DNA from: Macrostomum lignano
Lineage: Eukaryota
Assembly (NCBI GenBank): GCA_002269645.1
Contig: NIVC01003412.1
Coordinates: forward strand, 1-64,000
Length of the DNA: 64,000 bases
Direction of reading: 5' to 3'
Shown here piece after piece: positions 51,569 to 64,000 of the stretch. The notes below the pieces were generated by a model that was given only the letters and a program-made list of their open reading frames with translations, was not told where the DNA came from and searched no databases. The position numbers and the translations under genes are program-made. Position 1 is the first letter of the stretch; each line of letters starts with the position of its first letter.

Positions 51569-53296
51569 AAGAAGCTCGTATGAACTGCCGCCACGGACCT
51601 TAAGCAGACCAGTTAAATCGTATAGAATCAAACGATTATGACAGCATAATTTTATAATATATTTTTCATAGCTAGCTTTGCAAACGAGCATCTATCTTGT
51701 GCTTATAGTTTTTCTCGTTTTCAACCGTACAGAGCACCGAGCAGTATTGTTGTTGAGGCTAAGCAAATGGAGCTTTGAGTTCTCCGCATCACTCGCAGAT
51801 GTAGCTACGAGTACACGCTTATAAATAAGTTTTGTGCACAAAAGTTGGGTAATTATTAGGTGCTTCGCTAATACAATTAATTTTAGTACCTTGCTATTCG
51901 ATTCTCCTGTTTCTGAGCTGTAAGCAGAACCTAAGCACCTTACATCGTCTGTGCTTAAACCGTAAAAGCGAAGAAAAAAGCAAGCTGCATAAGCCAATAA
52001 TTTTTTTAATTTCCAATTTCCTGTTAGTGATGTAACCGCCCTTGTCGCCTGTCCGCTCCGTAGAGAGACGAACGCATGACTAGAGGGGGCAATGACCGTA
52101 GGCTGCCTATGACCGGGCAATGACCTGACGGACCTCCAGCACCAGACTGTCCCGCCCACATGATTAGTAGCTTTGGTAGCGCTTCGTGACCAGAGGGCCA
52201 AGGACCCACATGGACCCCACCTGTAGCCAAGGTGCAATAGTTGGTCACTCGGTCATAGTATGACCGAGTGGCTGCCACCACTCTATGTGACCTGGCGCAC
52301 CTGGATCTTTCTACCAGACCTCTCGAGGCTAGAGCCCCGCCTGGATTGGTTACCAGGGGATTTAGGCTAACAGGGGAGACGCATGCAGCCGAGTACAGGG
52401 ACTCTGCTTGGGGCATGATCGGGAACTCTGGGCTCAATCCTGGAGGATTTCTCAGCAGGGGATCCTTTGTGGCTGTGAGCGAGGCTGACTTGCGACTTTG
52501 ATTACTAAGAGTAGTATGAGGCGAACATGTACTGTCTACAGTTTAGATTGCTCAGGGCGAAGGGACGCGTCAGCATGGGGTTGCAACCTTCCTACTGCCA
52601 TTCTGTGCCAAGACTCGCTAATCCCTCTACTGCACGCACACGCGGCCCCGCAGCACGCACTCACAGGCGGGCTTTGCACGGGGAGAGGCCATTAGCTTAC
52701 CCAAACTTCCTTATGCTTTGCCACCCCGGGAGAAAGGCTTAGCAAGCCATGAGTTAAATGATGGTGAAAGATTGAATAATGATGAAGTTAGTTAATAGTT
52801 AATAATTAGGCCCTTAGGCGAATAAGCAGGCAATTAGGCGGCTTCACTATTGAGTGAAATACAGCAAAAGATACGGTATCACAATTGGCTCAGCTCTCTA
52901 ATCAGACAATGGAAAATAGGCAAACCCCGGATAAGCAAAGGCAATTAGAGCACAAATTAGTAGCAGGAACTTACCGGCAGCTGCACAGAGAGAGAGAGAG
53001 AGGCGGAGTGACCGAGGGCGGCTGTAGGCTGCAGTCAGGCAGACGGTGAAGCGGCGATGCGCTGGAGCGACGAGGCGCTGATGTAGATCAGGCGATGCTG
53101 ATGATGCTGGGCGGTATCAGACCGCTGGCCGATAGGCGAGCTCACTTGGGGAGCTAAGGATAACTTGGCGGTAACAGACCGCGGACCGGCAGGGATTCGT
53201 CTTATAGACGAATGGGTCAGAACTCAATCTGACAGCAAGTCCAAAGAAGGACGAGGAGAGGAAAAGTCTGAGGATTCTCATGCCGAAATCGCTTCC

Positions 53297-53387
53297 TTTT
53301 ATAGACCTCACAGCCGCCTCCTCAAGGTCGTTACCATGGCTCCCTCTCTCTGATTGGCTGCCGGCAGAATGACGTCAGAATGAGTCA
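53297..53387 (-). promoter_or_regulatory. Pol II promoter-like cluster (AP-1, CRE, CCAAT, TATA) facing lower coordinates, inside an unclassified LTR-like segment
   Basis: TGAGTCA 53381-87, TGACGTCA 53370-77, CCAAT (minus) 53353-57, TATAAAA (minus) 53297-303; a GTAAGT donor about 330 nt downstream. Confidence 0.45.
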
Positions 53388-55069
53388 TGATGAGAAGCAT
53401 GAGACCGGCATAGCAACATGAGAAATCGGGAAATTGCGCAATCCGGAGGTGGGGTGGGGGGATAATTGGCGCAGCGGGTGGTCGCGAAAGTGTTGCGCAA
53501 GCAAACATTGAGAACAATAGGGCTGGGGTCGAGAACAAAGGAATTGGAAATCGGGGATAATTGGGGAAAACTGAGAACAATGGAAAAGTAAACATTGGAG
53601 AAAAGGTGATAATTAGGTGCGAAAACGAGAACAAAAGAAAGAGAAAATCGGAGAAAATGTGATAATTGGTGGGGGTCGAGAGAACAAAAGAAGCAAAAAC
53701 GAGAACAATAGAAGCGGAGGTGGGGTGGGTGTCGCATGAGAAATTTGGGGAGGAGAACAATGGCGTGAGAAAAGGTTGCGCAAGAGAGAGGGATGAGTCA
53801 TCGATGAGTCATCGGGGGGAAGAAGGGGTCACACGACTTGCGTCACCGTTTGGGAGTTTGGGAGGGAATGGGGAGACGGTGAGCACACAAAATACTGTAA
53901 GTAGACACAGAGAAGGAGGGGACAGCGCAGGAAAAGAGTGCAGAGGGAGACAAAAAAAGGGGGGAGATAGAGAAAGTACAGGAAGAATAGGGCGGGAACA
54001 GAAGAGATAGGGTAGAGGGGGAGGTACAGAAAGGGGTAGGGGGCTCCGGAAAGGCAGGTGTGGCGGCAGGAGAGACGGGACCAAGGCAGCAGGAGGGGCG
54101 CAGCAGAGCGGGAGTCTCCAGGCCCGGTCGGAGACCTGGCCGAGTCTCGACAGCTCTGTGCAGAGGGTGCACGGGATAGGAGGCACTTTCGAAAAAGTTC
54201 CCATGCCCTATCCCGCGACCAGAGCGTGGTTACATCATTAGCAGAATATAATGCTTCTCTCGAAAACAGAGTTCTCAAACCGGACAAAAATAATCGCCCT
54301 GCATCTCTGCAGGCATCTCGCCCTGCTTCATTTAAAGTTCTAAACAAGAATCTGCTCTTCTCGCTGAGGACGATAATCTCAGAGAGAAACTGATTTACAT
54401 ATACGTAACAATATATCACTTGTTATATTGCGATACCATCATTACAAAAAGTCTTTATGCATCATGCAACAACAGAAAAAGCACGTGACATTTTTGGCTA
54501 AATGCAAGCTTTTTCTGTGCCGTTGAGCGTTAAACGTTAGTAAGAAAGTGTTCGGAAAAGCTTAAGAAATTCATTTTTTTCTCATTTTGCGAAAAGGGGG
54601 ATTAATTTAGAAAAAATTCCATATCGACAACAACAACAACAACAACAAAAAATACTTCTCCCGCCAACCACGCAGTGGCCAGAAATGGGGGAGAAGTCAG
54701 AGAGCGCGTCTCTGGGCCATAAAAAATTCACACCCCAGCATCGGTCAAAAGCCTGTCAGGGTATCTCGCCGCTCGCCCTTGCCCTCGCCTGCGCAGTCCA
54801 CTTAATGAATAATTACATTTTTTGGTTCCAGTTAAACGAAATAATTTTAATGAATTTAATTTGTTTACGACTTGATAAATTACAAAATTTCTATCATTTC
54901 AAAACGGTTTGGAGATAAGCAAGCTGTCCATCGGGTCTGTGAGTGAAACTTGCTCTGGTTCCGGAGTTCCGGACTTAAGCTGTTCCTCTGGTTCGAATAT
55001 TGCCTAGAATTCGAACTGTTCACCTGGTAATTAGCTAGACTGTGACCCACATCAGCTCGCGTATTCAGC

Positions 55070-56250
55070 ATGCCAGTGAAGTATGAGACAGACCAAGCCT
55101 ATGGGCTAAGGTCTGCGATGCTCCACGCCTGCCCCTATCTTCAGCAGGTAAAGTCCGGTGGGAGGTCTGCACCCTCTATTGCCGCTAGCAGCCGCGTACC
55201 CCCCCCCACGCTGTTTCGCAAGCCGACCCAGGGGTACCGGTCCCCGCGAGTGTTCAAGGTAGACCCTGGGGCTGCCGGACAGACTGGGCTCCGGCGCTGG
55301 GGACCCATCCAGTGGCTTTTGCCGAACTTGGGTATGCAGGTCTGGCTTGCCAGTCCGCAGGCCGTGGTACTGCTCAACGTACCCTCTAATGCCTAAGGTG
55401 TTTGACCGTGCCGATGGGCTGGAAGGCCGGGGAGTAGTCCGGTCGCAAGCGGTCCCCCTCCTGCTGTCGGGCCAGCCTTGAGGGTTCTTTTGACTGCCCG
55501 GTCAGGTGGAGGGGCCGGGTGGGTACCGCGCCCCTTCGAGGGTAGCCAATCAACCTTTATCATGGCCTTCGAGCCGACAATGGATAATCAAGCTATATCT
55601 AGGGACGGGGACCCTTCTAAACCCCAACCTCAGTCCGAAGGACCGGCTGGCTCTGCTGGCAGATCCAACCAGAGCTACCTAAACCAAAGTACCCAAAGAC
55701 CTGCCAGCTCTGCTGGTGGATCTAAGGGAACCGCGAGCTCTGAGCCTAAAGGACCGGCCAAATCTGGCAGATCCGACGAAGCTCAGCGGGCTCGGCTTGA
55801 GCGCAAACGCGCTAAGCAACGCGCCAAAAGGCAGGCCAAGAAGGGAGCCGCGGGGGCCAAAGCGGCGGCGTCCACCATGGATGCTGAAGCGACTGGCGTC
55901 CCAAGGCAACCAGACGGGCCGGTGAAAGCTCCGGTAGTTCAGCGGCGGCGCTCCCTGGAGATGCTGCTGCGGCTGCTGAGGCCGAAACCACGGCGCAACA
56001 AATTGCTACTGCCAACAAGGAGGTTCCTTCGGGAGCTATTTTTGCGGCGAAGGCCAAGGCCAAAATCCCGGGAGTGATCATTCAAGGTCGCGACCAGGAC
56101 TGGACCACTGGTCAGCTTCAAAAAGTGTGGAGTGCTATTGACTGCTATCTGATTGAGCTGACTGTCGAGGAGGGAATCTCCATCGGCATTTGAGCGGATG
56201 GTGCTGCGAAGCACATTCGTTCTTATTGCTTCTATTCTTCAGCAAGCAGA
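55070..56250 (+). mobile_element. Possible 5' UTR and ORF1 (gag-like) fragment of a LINE
   Basis: GC-rich leader, then a low-complexity basic ORF (LERKRAKQRAKRQAKK) that frameshifts into a globular remnant and stops abruptly; family not assignable. Confidence 0.4.
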
Positions 56251-56469
56251 ATGTCTCAACTCACTCTAAAGCAGAGACAGTGATGCTCATTCAAGGTTAA
56301 AATAGAAAATTTTATGCAATTTGATGTAATTACATGCTTGAGAATAAAATTCAGATGCAAATATTTTACATAGCTTTGCTGGAGAACTTCGACAGTACCC
56401 TAACCGGACAGTTAGGACAGAAAAACAGGGTCCATCTTCAAATACAGTGTGCATCTTCAAGGACAGTGC

Positions 56470-59035
56470 CCCCTACTCAAAGACAGTACCCCTACTTAAA
56501 GGCAGTTACACCTACTCTAAGACGGTACGCTACTCTGAGATAGTACCCTACTCTAAGACAGTACCCTACTCAAAGACAATACCCTACTCAAAGACAGTAC
56601 CCTACTCAAAGACCATACCCTACTCAAAGACAGTACCCTACTCAAAGACAGTACCCTACTCTAAGACAGTTATCCCTTCTCTAAGACAGTACCCTACTCA
56701 AAGACAGTGCCCTACTCTAAGCTAGTACCTTACTCCAAGACAGTACCCTACTCTAAGACAGTACCATACTCAAAGACAGTACCCTACTCTAAGACAGTAC
56801 CCTACTCAAAGACAGTACCCTACTCAAAGACAGTACCCTACTCTAAGACAGTACCCTACTCTAAGACAGTGCCCTACTCTGAGCCAGTACCTTACTCCAA
56901 GACAGTACCCTACTCTAAGACTGTACCCTACTCTAAGACAGTGCCCTACTCTGAGCCAGTACCTTACTCCAAGTCAGTACCCTACTCTAAGACAGTACCC
57001 TACTCAAAGACAATTAACTCTACTCATAAGGCAGTACCCTACTCAAAGACAGTACCCTACTCAAAGACAGAACCCTACTCAAAAACAGTACCCTACTCAA
57101 AAACAGTACCCTACTCAAAGACAGTTATCCCTTCTCTAAGCCAGTATCCTACTCAAAGACAGTACCCTACTCTAAGACAGTACCCTACTCTAAGACAGTA
57201 CCCTACTCTAAGACAGTACCCTACTCAAAGACAGTACCCTACCCAAAGACAGTACCTACTCAAAGACAGTACCCTACTCAAAGACAGTACCTACTCAAAG
57301 ACAGTACCCTACTCAAAAGCCAGTACCCTACTCAAAGACAGTTATCCCTTCTCTAAGCCAGTACCCTACTCAAAGACAGTTATCCCTTCTCTAAGCCAGT
57401 ACCCTACTCTAAGACAGTACCCTACTCTAAGACAGTACCCTACTCTAAGACAGTACCCTACTCAAAGACAGTTATCTCTACTCAAAAGACAGTACCCTAC
57501 TCAAAGACAGTTATCTCTACTCAAAAGACAGTACCCTACTCAAAGACAGTACCCTACTCAAAGACCATACCCTACTCAAAGACAGTACCCTACTCAAAGA
57601 CAGTACCCTACTCTAAGACAGTTATCCCTTCTCTAAGACAGTACCCTACTCAAAGACAGTGCCCTACTCTAAGCTAGTACCTTACTCCAAGACAGTACCC
57701 TACTCTAAGACAGTACCTTACTCAAAGACAGTACCCTACTCTAAGACAGTACCCTACTCAAAGACAGTACCCTACTCTAAGACTGTACCCTACTCTAAGA
57801 CAGTACCCTACTCAAAGACAGTTATCTCTACTCAAAAGACAGTACCCTACTCAAAGACAGTACCCTACTCAAAGACAGAACCCTACTCAAAAACAGTACC
57901 CTACTCAAAGACAGAACCCTACTCAAAAACAGAACCCTACTCAAAGACAGTACCCTACTCAAAGACAGTTATCCCTTCTCTAAGCCAGTATCCTACTCAA
58001 AGACAGTACCCTACTCAAAGACAGAACCCTACTCAAAAACAGTACCCTACTCAAAAACAGAACCCTACTCAAAAACAGAACCCTACTCAAAGACAGTACC
58101 CTACTCAAAGACAGTTATCCCTTCTCTAAGCCAGTATCCTACTCAAAGACAGTACCCTACTCAAAGACAGTACCCTACTCTAAGACAGTACCCTACTCTA
58201 AGACAGTACCCTACTCAAAGACAGTACCCTACCCAAAGACAGTACCTACTCAAAGACAGTACCCTACTCAAAGACAGTACCTACTCAAAGACAGTACCCT
58301 ACTCAAAAGCCAGTACCCTACTCAAAGACAGTTATCCCTTCTCTAAGCCAGTACCCTACTCAAAGACAGTTATCCCTTCTCTAAGCCAGTACCCTACTCA
58401 AAGACAGTTATCCCTTCTCTAAGCCAGTACCCTACTCTAAGACAGTACCCTACTCAAAGACAGTTATCCCTTCTCTAAGACAGTACCCTACTCAAAGACA
58501 GTGCCCTACTCTAAGCTAGTACCTTACTCCAAGACAGTACCCTACTCTAAGACAGTACCTTACTCAAAGACAGTACCCTACTCTAAGACTGTACCCTACT
58601 CTAAGACAGTGCCCTACTCTGAGCCAGTACCTTACTCCAAGACAGTACCCTACTCTAAGACAGTACCCTACTCTAAGACAGTACCCTACTCAAAGACAGT
58701 TATCTCTACTCAAAAGACAGTACCCTACTCAAAGACAGTACCCTACTCAAAGACAGAACCCTACTCAAAAACAGTACCCTACTTAAAAACAGAACCCTAC
58801 TCAAAAACAGAACCCTACTCAAAGACAGTACCCTACTCAAAGACAGTTATCCCTTCTCTAAGCCAGTACCCTACTCAAAGACAGTTATCCCTTCTCTAAG
58901 CCAGTACCCTACTCAAAGACAGTTATCCCTTCTCTAAGCCAGTACCCTACTCAAAGACAGTTATCCCTTCTCTAAGCCAGTACCCTACTCAAAGACAGTT
59001 ATCCCTTCTCTAAGCCAGTACCCTACTCTAAGACA
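56470..59035 (+). repeat. 18-bp minisatellite (GACAGTACCCTACTCAAA)n with higher-order blocks
   Basis: Diagnostic variant GTGCCCTACTCTAAGCTAGTACCTTACTCC recurs at 56707, 57659, 58501. Confidence 0.95.
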
Positions 59036-59994
59036 GCAGCATTCTACTCAAACGCAAAGATTATTTTGATTTCTATTCGAAACAAAACATTTTTTAAGGA
59101 TAGTACATACTTTGAAGTATATCTGATATTGTGCTGAGCAAACCGTTATTTTTTTCTGCGAATGACTAGCAATTGAATTCAAATATTGTCACAATTGTTA
59201 CGTCGAAATAACATAAAACGTCTTAAAACTTTCCTCAAAACAAAAGTATCATTTTCCATACAGTGGCCCTTTTAACATTAATCAATTGCTTGCCATCATT
59301 ACTGTTATATAGCTAGATTATAAATCTAGTATTACATGTCGTATAGAAGTCCTTGATCGTAACTTTCGCAGACAGATAAGGTTTCCCAGACAGTTCTGTG
59401 AGCCATTCAAAAAATCACATCATTTGAACTTCTTACACTATAGAAATAATGATGAAGACGCACTTTTTCCCAAATCCCGCGCTAGCACATGGGCTCTAAA
59501 CTTACTTGCCTACTAACAGTGGGCAATGGGCATTTTTATCCTTTTTCTGCGAATTTTCATAGAATCTATACTAGATATAATGTCTGGTCATACTAGTAGT
59601 CATAATAACATAGGCGCAGCTTTTTGGGTCATAAATCATCGCTTTCAAAGTTGGTCTGACAGCCACCTGCGCCTCACTCAGTGTTGAAGCGGGCGCCAGA
59701 TGGTCTGAGAGGATGCGGGCGGTAGCTTTTTTCTCATCATTTTGACAGGCCATCAAGATTTATGAGGCCAGAGCCTATTGTTCGTGTTCACTCAAGCGTG
59801 TGACAGCTTTGACAGCTATGCGTTTTACCCCTAAAAGTACCTTGGGATTAGCGATTAGCAATTTCTCTTCATTATCTTTCACTTTCTATTTAATAAGAGC
59901 TTTCTAATGTATATTTTCTCATTAATTTCTGTCAATCCTACGCGAAAAGTCATAAATCATTTTGTTGCGATTTTGAGTGATTTATGGCCGCACC

Positions 59995-61345
59995 TGTCAT
60001 CTTTTTACGACCCTGTGGGAACTGATAGGATCTCTCGGTCACGTGATTCTGGGTGGCAACAAGCTTAACCAATCAGAAAATTCGGCGCTCATTTTAACAA
60101 AACGGCTCAGCCAATCAGAATCGACGTGTTCCATTATAACAAACTGCTGTCCAGTTGGCGGCTATTTAAAACCGGCGTTTTTGGCCCGCTCGGACCTCAA
60201 CCTCCTGGGAACTTGGCCTCGCTTGAGACCTCCCGGAGCCTGACCGTCGTTTCTTGATCGCCGGATTGCGACTTCCCCCCATCATCATCAAGGACGAGTC
60301 CCCCGGTCATCAGCAGCGAACATCAAGTGAAGAGCATCACCTGCTAGCTAACAGCGAAGATTGTGACAGCATCATCCCGAGTCTACAGCTGCAGAGCATC
60401 AAGCCGATTCGGTCACTGTGGATTACCTGGTCTCCGGCTGCTGAGTTTCTGATTGGTTGGGTGAGAGGCTACCTAGACTTGCTTGATTGGGTGATCCCTT
60501 TTCTGTCCCCTGTTTCAGTAGCTGAATTAGGCGCACACTTTGCTCTTTTTGTTCAGTAGTGCTTTCGCTGAGGCAGAAATCATTCAATAATACTGCTAGT
60601 GGTCTAAGACTCCAATTCAATCTGAAGTGTGAAGTGAACTAAGGAGAAGATTAAATCTAACAGCTATTTTTATCGGTTTTATTTCTTTGATCGCCGATGG
60701 CTCAGATGAGTGGCTAAGCTAGTAGGCGCCGGTCACAGTGGACCAATGGCAAGGCAGTTCTCAGTCGACCAATCTATCAAATCAGTGAGCAAAACTGCCA
60801 GAAGTGCAGAATCGGCGCCAGAGATGTACTTTGTGCACTCTAGGGTAGCCAAGCGGCTCGGGTAATGAATCATGCGGTCTCCGAAGTTCGAGTTAGCCTA
60901 TCATCAGCGCTAGGAGAGGCTAGTTGGCGCGTTGAAGGCCAAAAGTACATACCTTCGTATTTAGCAATGTAATAGTACATGTAGCTACCCCATAGACTCG
61001 CCACCGCAAGAATCCCCTGCACAAGTCCCCTCTGTACCTGCATGGCCAATACGATCTAGTCCCAGCAGTGTCCCTTATCATCGGCTATGACTTCGAGATT
61101 GACAGCAAAAAGACACTAGTTGGCAGGTAAGTACAAAGCCCCTTCTAGTCGGAAGCCCGATTTCGAGAGTCCCGGTGTGGTGAGCCAGGGCGCACGGGCT
61201 GGTGGCAGCAAGTTAGTTGATCTGCGGATTAGCTAATTTCTATTTTCAAAATTCTCCCTGCTCGTCTCTCGCTGTCCCTCTCTTAGCTATAGGACCTAGA
61301 CTGTTCGCCACACGATCAAGCTACCATGGGGCTGACCATCTGACA
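59995..61345 (+). other. Unclassified LTR-like segment (TGTCA...TGACA) with CCAAT boxes and a TATA-like motif
   Basis: 5-bp terminal inverted ends, two CCAATCAG boxes near 60070 and 60112, TATTTAAA near 60165; no TSD or second LTR seen. Confidence 0.3.
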
Positions 61346-61635
61346 GGAGTGGGGGGCCAGGTCTCTAATTGATTTATTTCTGAGCCTGAGGCCCGAAGGC
61401 TTCCCTAACAAGGGCCCGAAGGTCGAAACCCATCAATAAGAGTACTAGCAAAACACAAAATTCAAGCAAATGAATTCATTTTGGCTTGGAACCGTTACTG
61501 TGTTTTTAGCTAATGATTAGTATGATGTTTGGTAACTATTATGAGTGATTTATATTACATGGATGGCAAGCGTGGATGCAATATTACGAGTAGAAGCAAA
61601 CGTGATTGTTGACAGACCAGATATTCAATAATTAG

Positions 61636-63453
61636 CTATTGGAAACAATTTAAGTTATCCTCTCCGCTCTCATTGGGTTCGAAACCGGTGCTCTCCGTCC
61701 GATTCTGTGCCGAAGTCTGTCGAACGCCATTGAAGTTCGTTGTTTCTGGTGTTTCTAGCAAACTGTAAAACGTGTCGTCCATGCTGTCCATCCGATTCGG
61801 ACAATGCCTAGAAGGCGATTGACTTTCCATGCCATCTTGCCCTAAACTGTAATACTTATCTGAATCGAGGCTGGTCATTCTGTTAAACTTTGGATTAAAA
61901 GTCTCGTCAGGTTGTGCATCTGCTGTGAAATTCTGTGGATTTTCAGGTGTAAAATCAGGTGATTCTTCAGGTATTTCGTTGGTTAGGCCACCAGAAGGAA
62001 TCGAGTTCCGTGACAGACAACTGTAATACTTGTCTGAAAACCAGCTGACGTTTGGGGTGTGGTACTCTGAATCCAAGCTGTCCGCCCGATTTTGAGCGAA
62101 TCTTTGACCCAGTTCGGTGCCAGGTGTCGCATCGGGTGGTGCATCAGGTTGTGCGTCAGGTGGTGCGTCAGGTGGTGCATCAGGTGGTGCATCAGGTGGT
62201 GCATCAACTGTCCCACCAGAAGTAGTCACATCGGGTTCCAGACTGTGCTGATCGGCTAAAGACGAGCTAAAGTTTGGGTTTTTTGGAGTGCCAGCAGCAG
62301 CATCGACTTTATCACTTTCTGAAGCGTCTGCTGGATTCCTAGGTTTTGGTTCAATTAAAGGTTGTGAAACACTGCTCAGTTTAACATCTTCTTTCTCCAC
62401 AGACGGCTCAGAACTATTTAATGAGCACAACCGTCTTTTGTAGACAATAAACACCACAATGGTTGCAATAAGTACCAGCAGAATCGGACAGGAAACTCCA
62501 AAAATGATGGTCAACTTGCTTGCTGGAGCTTCAGTTGAGGACCAGTCTCGTATTGGTTGAGTCGTTGCTGTTGGTGATATTCTAATACCGGTAATTAGAT
62601 CAGAAGAATCTCTAGCTACAACACTAGGAGCATCAGTATATGCAATGAAATGCATCTTAGTTGTCTGCTTCTGTTGCAGAGCTTCGATAACTTTCCAAGG
62701 GACCGCCCTCGCGCTACAGCTGTCTGCATAATTGTATCCTGCCGTGCCTCCTCTCTCAGGAAACTTTACAAGAAATGGAATCTGGCTGCTACAGCTTTTC
62801 GATTTGATTTCCGCTCTGTCTGAAGAATCCACATTCATAGTCACGCACGGACCTGTCGCGGCGTCTGAATCTCTGCAGTTATTTAAAGGTGGTTCCTGAT
62901 TTACTCTCAGCTTATTTTTCATAGCCTCTTCCGTTTTACAGAGATGAAACGGAATTACTCACACAAATTTCTCAGATCCGAGAACCGGCTTCAATCCACA
63001 TTCTCCGCTATCATTTCTGATTAGAGAGAGCACTGAGGCATCGGCTGCACTGTAGAACATGCCGAGACGCACTGGCTGGCTCAGGCTCAGAGGCCGTCTG
63101 TACGGATGCACCGACAGTCTGGCTGTGTCTGAAAGCGGTTTTGATGCTCATTTTTATAATAAAGCAGACACGGAGAATGAAATTTAAAACAGATGTTGAA
63201 AGGCCACTCACTTGCAGCAATGAGATTGCGGATCTCAGACATGCTGGAGAAGCTGGCCAGCTGAGCATCGCCTCCGATGCTGGACATTGCGGCTGTCAAA
63301 TTGGCTTTGACTTTGCTCACAGCGTACCAGTTTCCGTTGAAGCTGAGCATGTCTCTGTGGCAGAGTCCAGGGAGAATCAGCAGGAGTTTGAGCTTTACCT
63401 GGGCGGCACGTTGATACCTCGGATCCCAGCTGGCCTCCACAGTAAGCGGCAGC
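61636..63453 (-). CDS. Receptor copy F, exons 3-5 (5' exons not found in the window)
   Basis: Exons 63453-63212, 63128-62963, 62872-61636 in frame; TM LTIIFGVSCPILLVLIATIVVFIVY followed by KRR; the lectin motif reads GNWY instead of GNCY. Confidence 0.8.
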
Positions 63454-64000
63454 CTGAAGGCAACGTTTGTTAAATTTTAGCGGGGTTTTTATATTTTTAC
63501 TTAGGGCTGGCTGCTCGATGACTGCTCGCATCTATCCCTTCAGCCTATCAGTCAGACCAAGGTTTGGCGGCTTTTAAAGCCTGACTTGTGCCCTTCCTGT
63601 GCTGAATTCGTTGCACAGTCTGTCTTATTCTACTCGTACTGTCTTTTAAGTTGAAGCGGCTTGTGATTGGCTGATGTCGTTTTCTCTTATTTATCTTCCC
63701 ATCATCTCTCTACTCGGTAAATATTTGATTATTTATTCTGAAGGGAGCTGGAGCACCGGAGGGACGCAGGATTGAGCGCGCATGTCATTAGCACGCATTT
63801 TGAAACTGCTCTACGTGACACAAGCGCGCATTATCACTTTAAGTGGCAGCTTACTTTACTTTTAATCGCTCGTCTTTGTATTTGATCCAAAAATATCCAA
63901 AAATATATTCCTGACTGGTTTCGCATGCCTGTTTAATGCTAGATTTTTTTCTCTTGGGCTTGGCTCACAGTCATCGACTTATCTTTGAGGTGACTGCCGT

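Noticed and set aside
55390-55530. HDV-like ribozyme in the putative LINE leader
   Set aside because: GGTCCCCTCCTGCTG recalls the HDV core, but I could not build a consistent P1/P1.1/P2/P3 pseudoknot; needs a covariance-model search
56447-58899. (PYSKTV)n ORFs
   Set aside because: Translations of the 18-bp minisatellite; frames switch where unit length varies
61405-61437. Hammerhead-like stem GGCC(CGAA)GGTC-GAAAC
   Set aside because: The upstream core reads CTAACAA instead of CTGANGA, and no stem III or cleavage triplet follows; at most a dead relic

Overview
Repeat-rich eukaryotic (invertebrate animal) genomic DNA with short GT-AG introns. A flatworm such as Macrostomum is a guess from sequence style only. 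The window looks like an innate-immune-type gene cluster embedded in transposons. (1) Two cGAS-like (Mab-21/cGLR) nucleotidyltransferase genes share an intron position: a stand-alone 2-exon gene (12068-13852, +, 542 aa) and a 3-exon ankyrin-repeat-cGLR fusion (37039-30100, -, about 998 aa) that the ORF track shows only as three unconnected pieces. (2) A tandem array of six minus-strand copies (A-F) of a 5-exon signal peptide / CUB-like / atypical C-type-lectin-like / TM receptor gene. I checked the exon phases by hand. The copies are mosaics of one another and have very different cytoplasmic tails. (3) Mobile elements: a Tc1/IS630-like element with DD30E spacing and 138-bp TIRs, two piggyBacs, a Penelope-like insertion with hammerhead-like motifs inside a LINE, Gypsy fragments, a THAP/P-element remnant, several LINE fragments and two tRNA-derived SINE families. 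(4) Many micro- and minisatellites, which explain most of the long low-complexity ORFs. All domain calls come from motif recognition by eye. No database search, alignment program or structure prediction was run.
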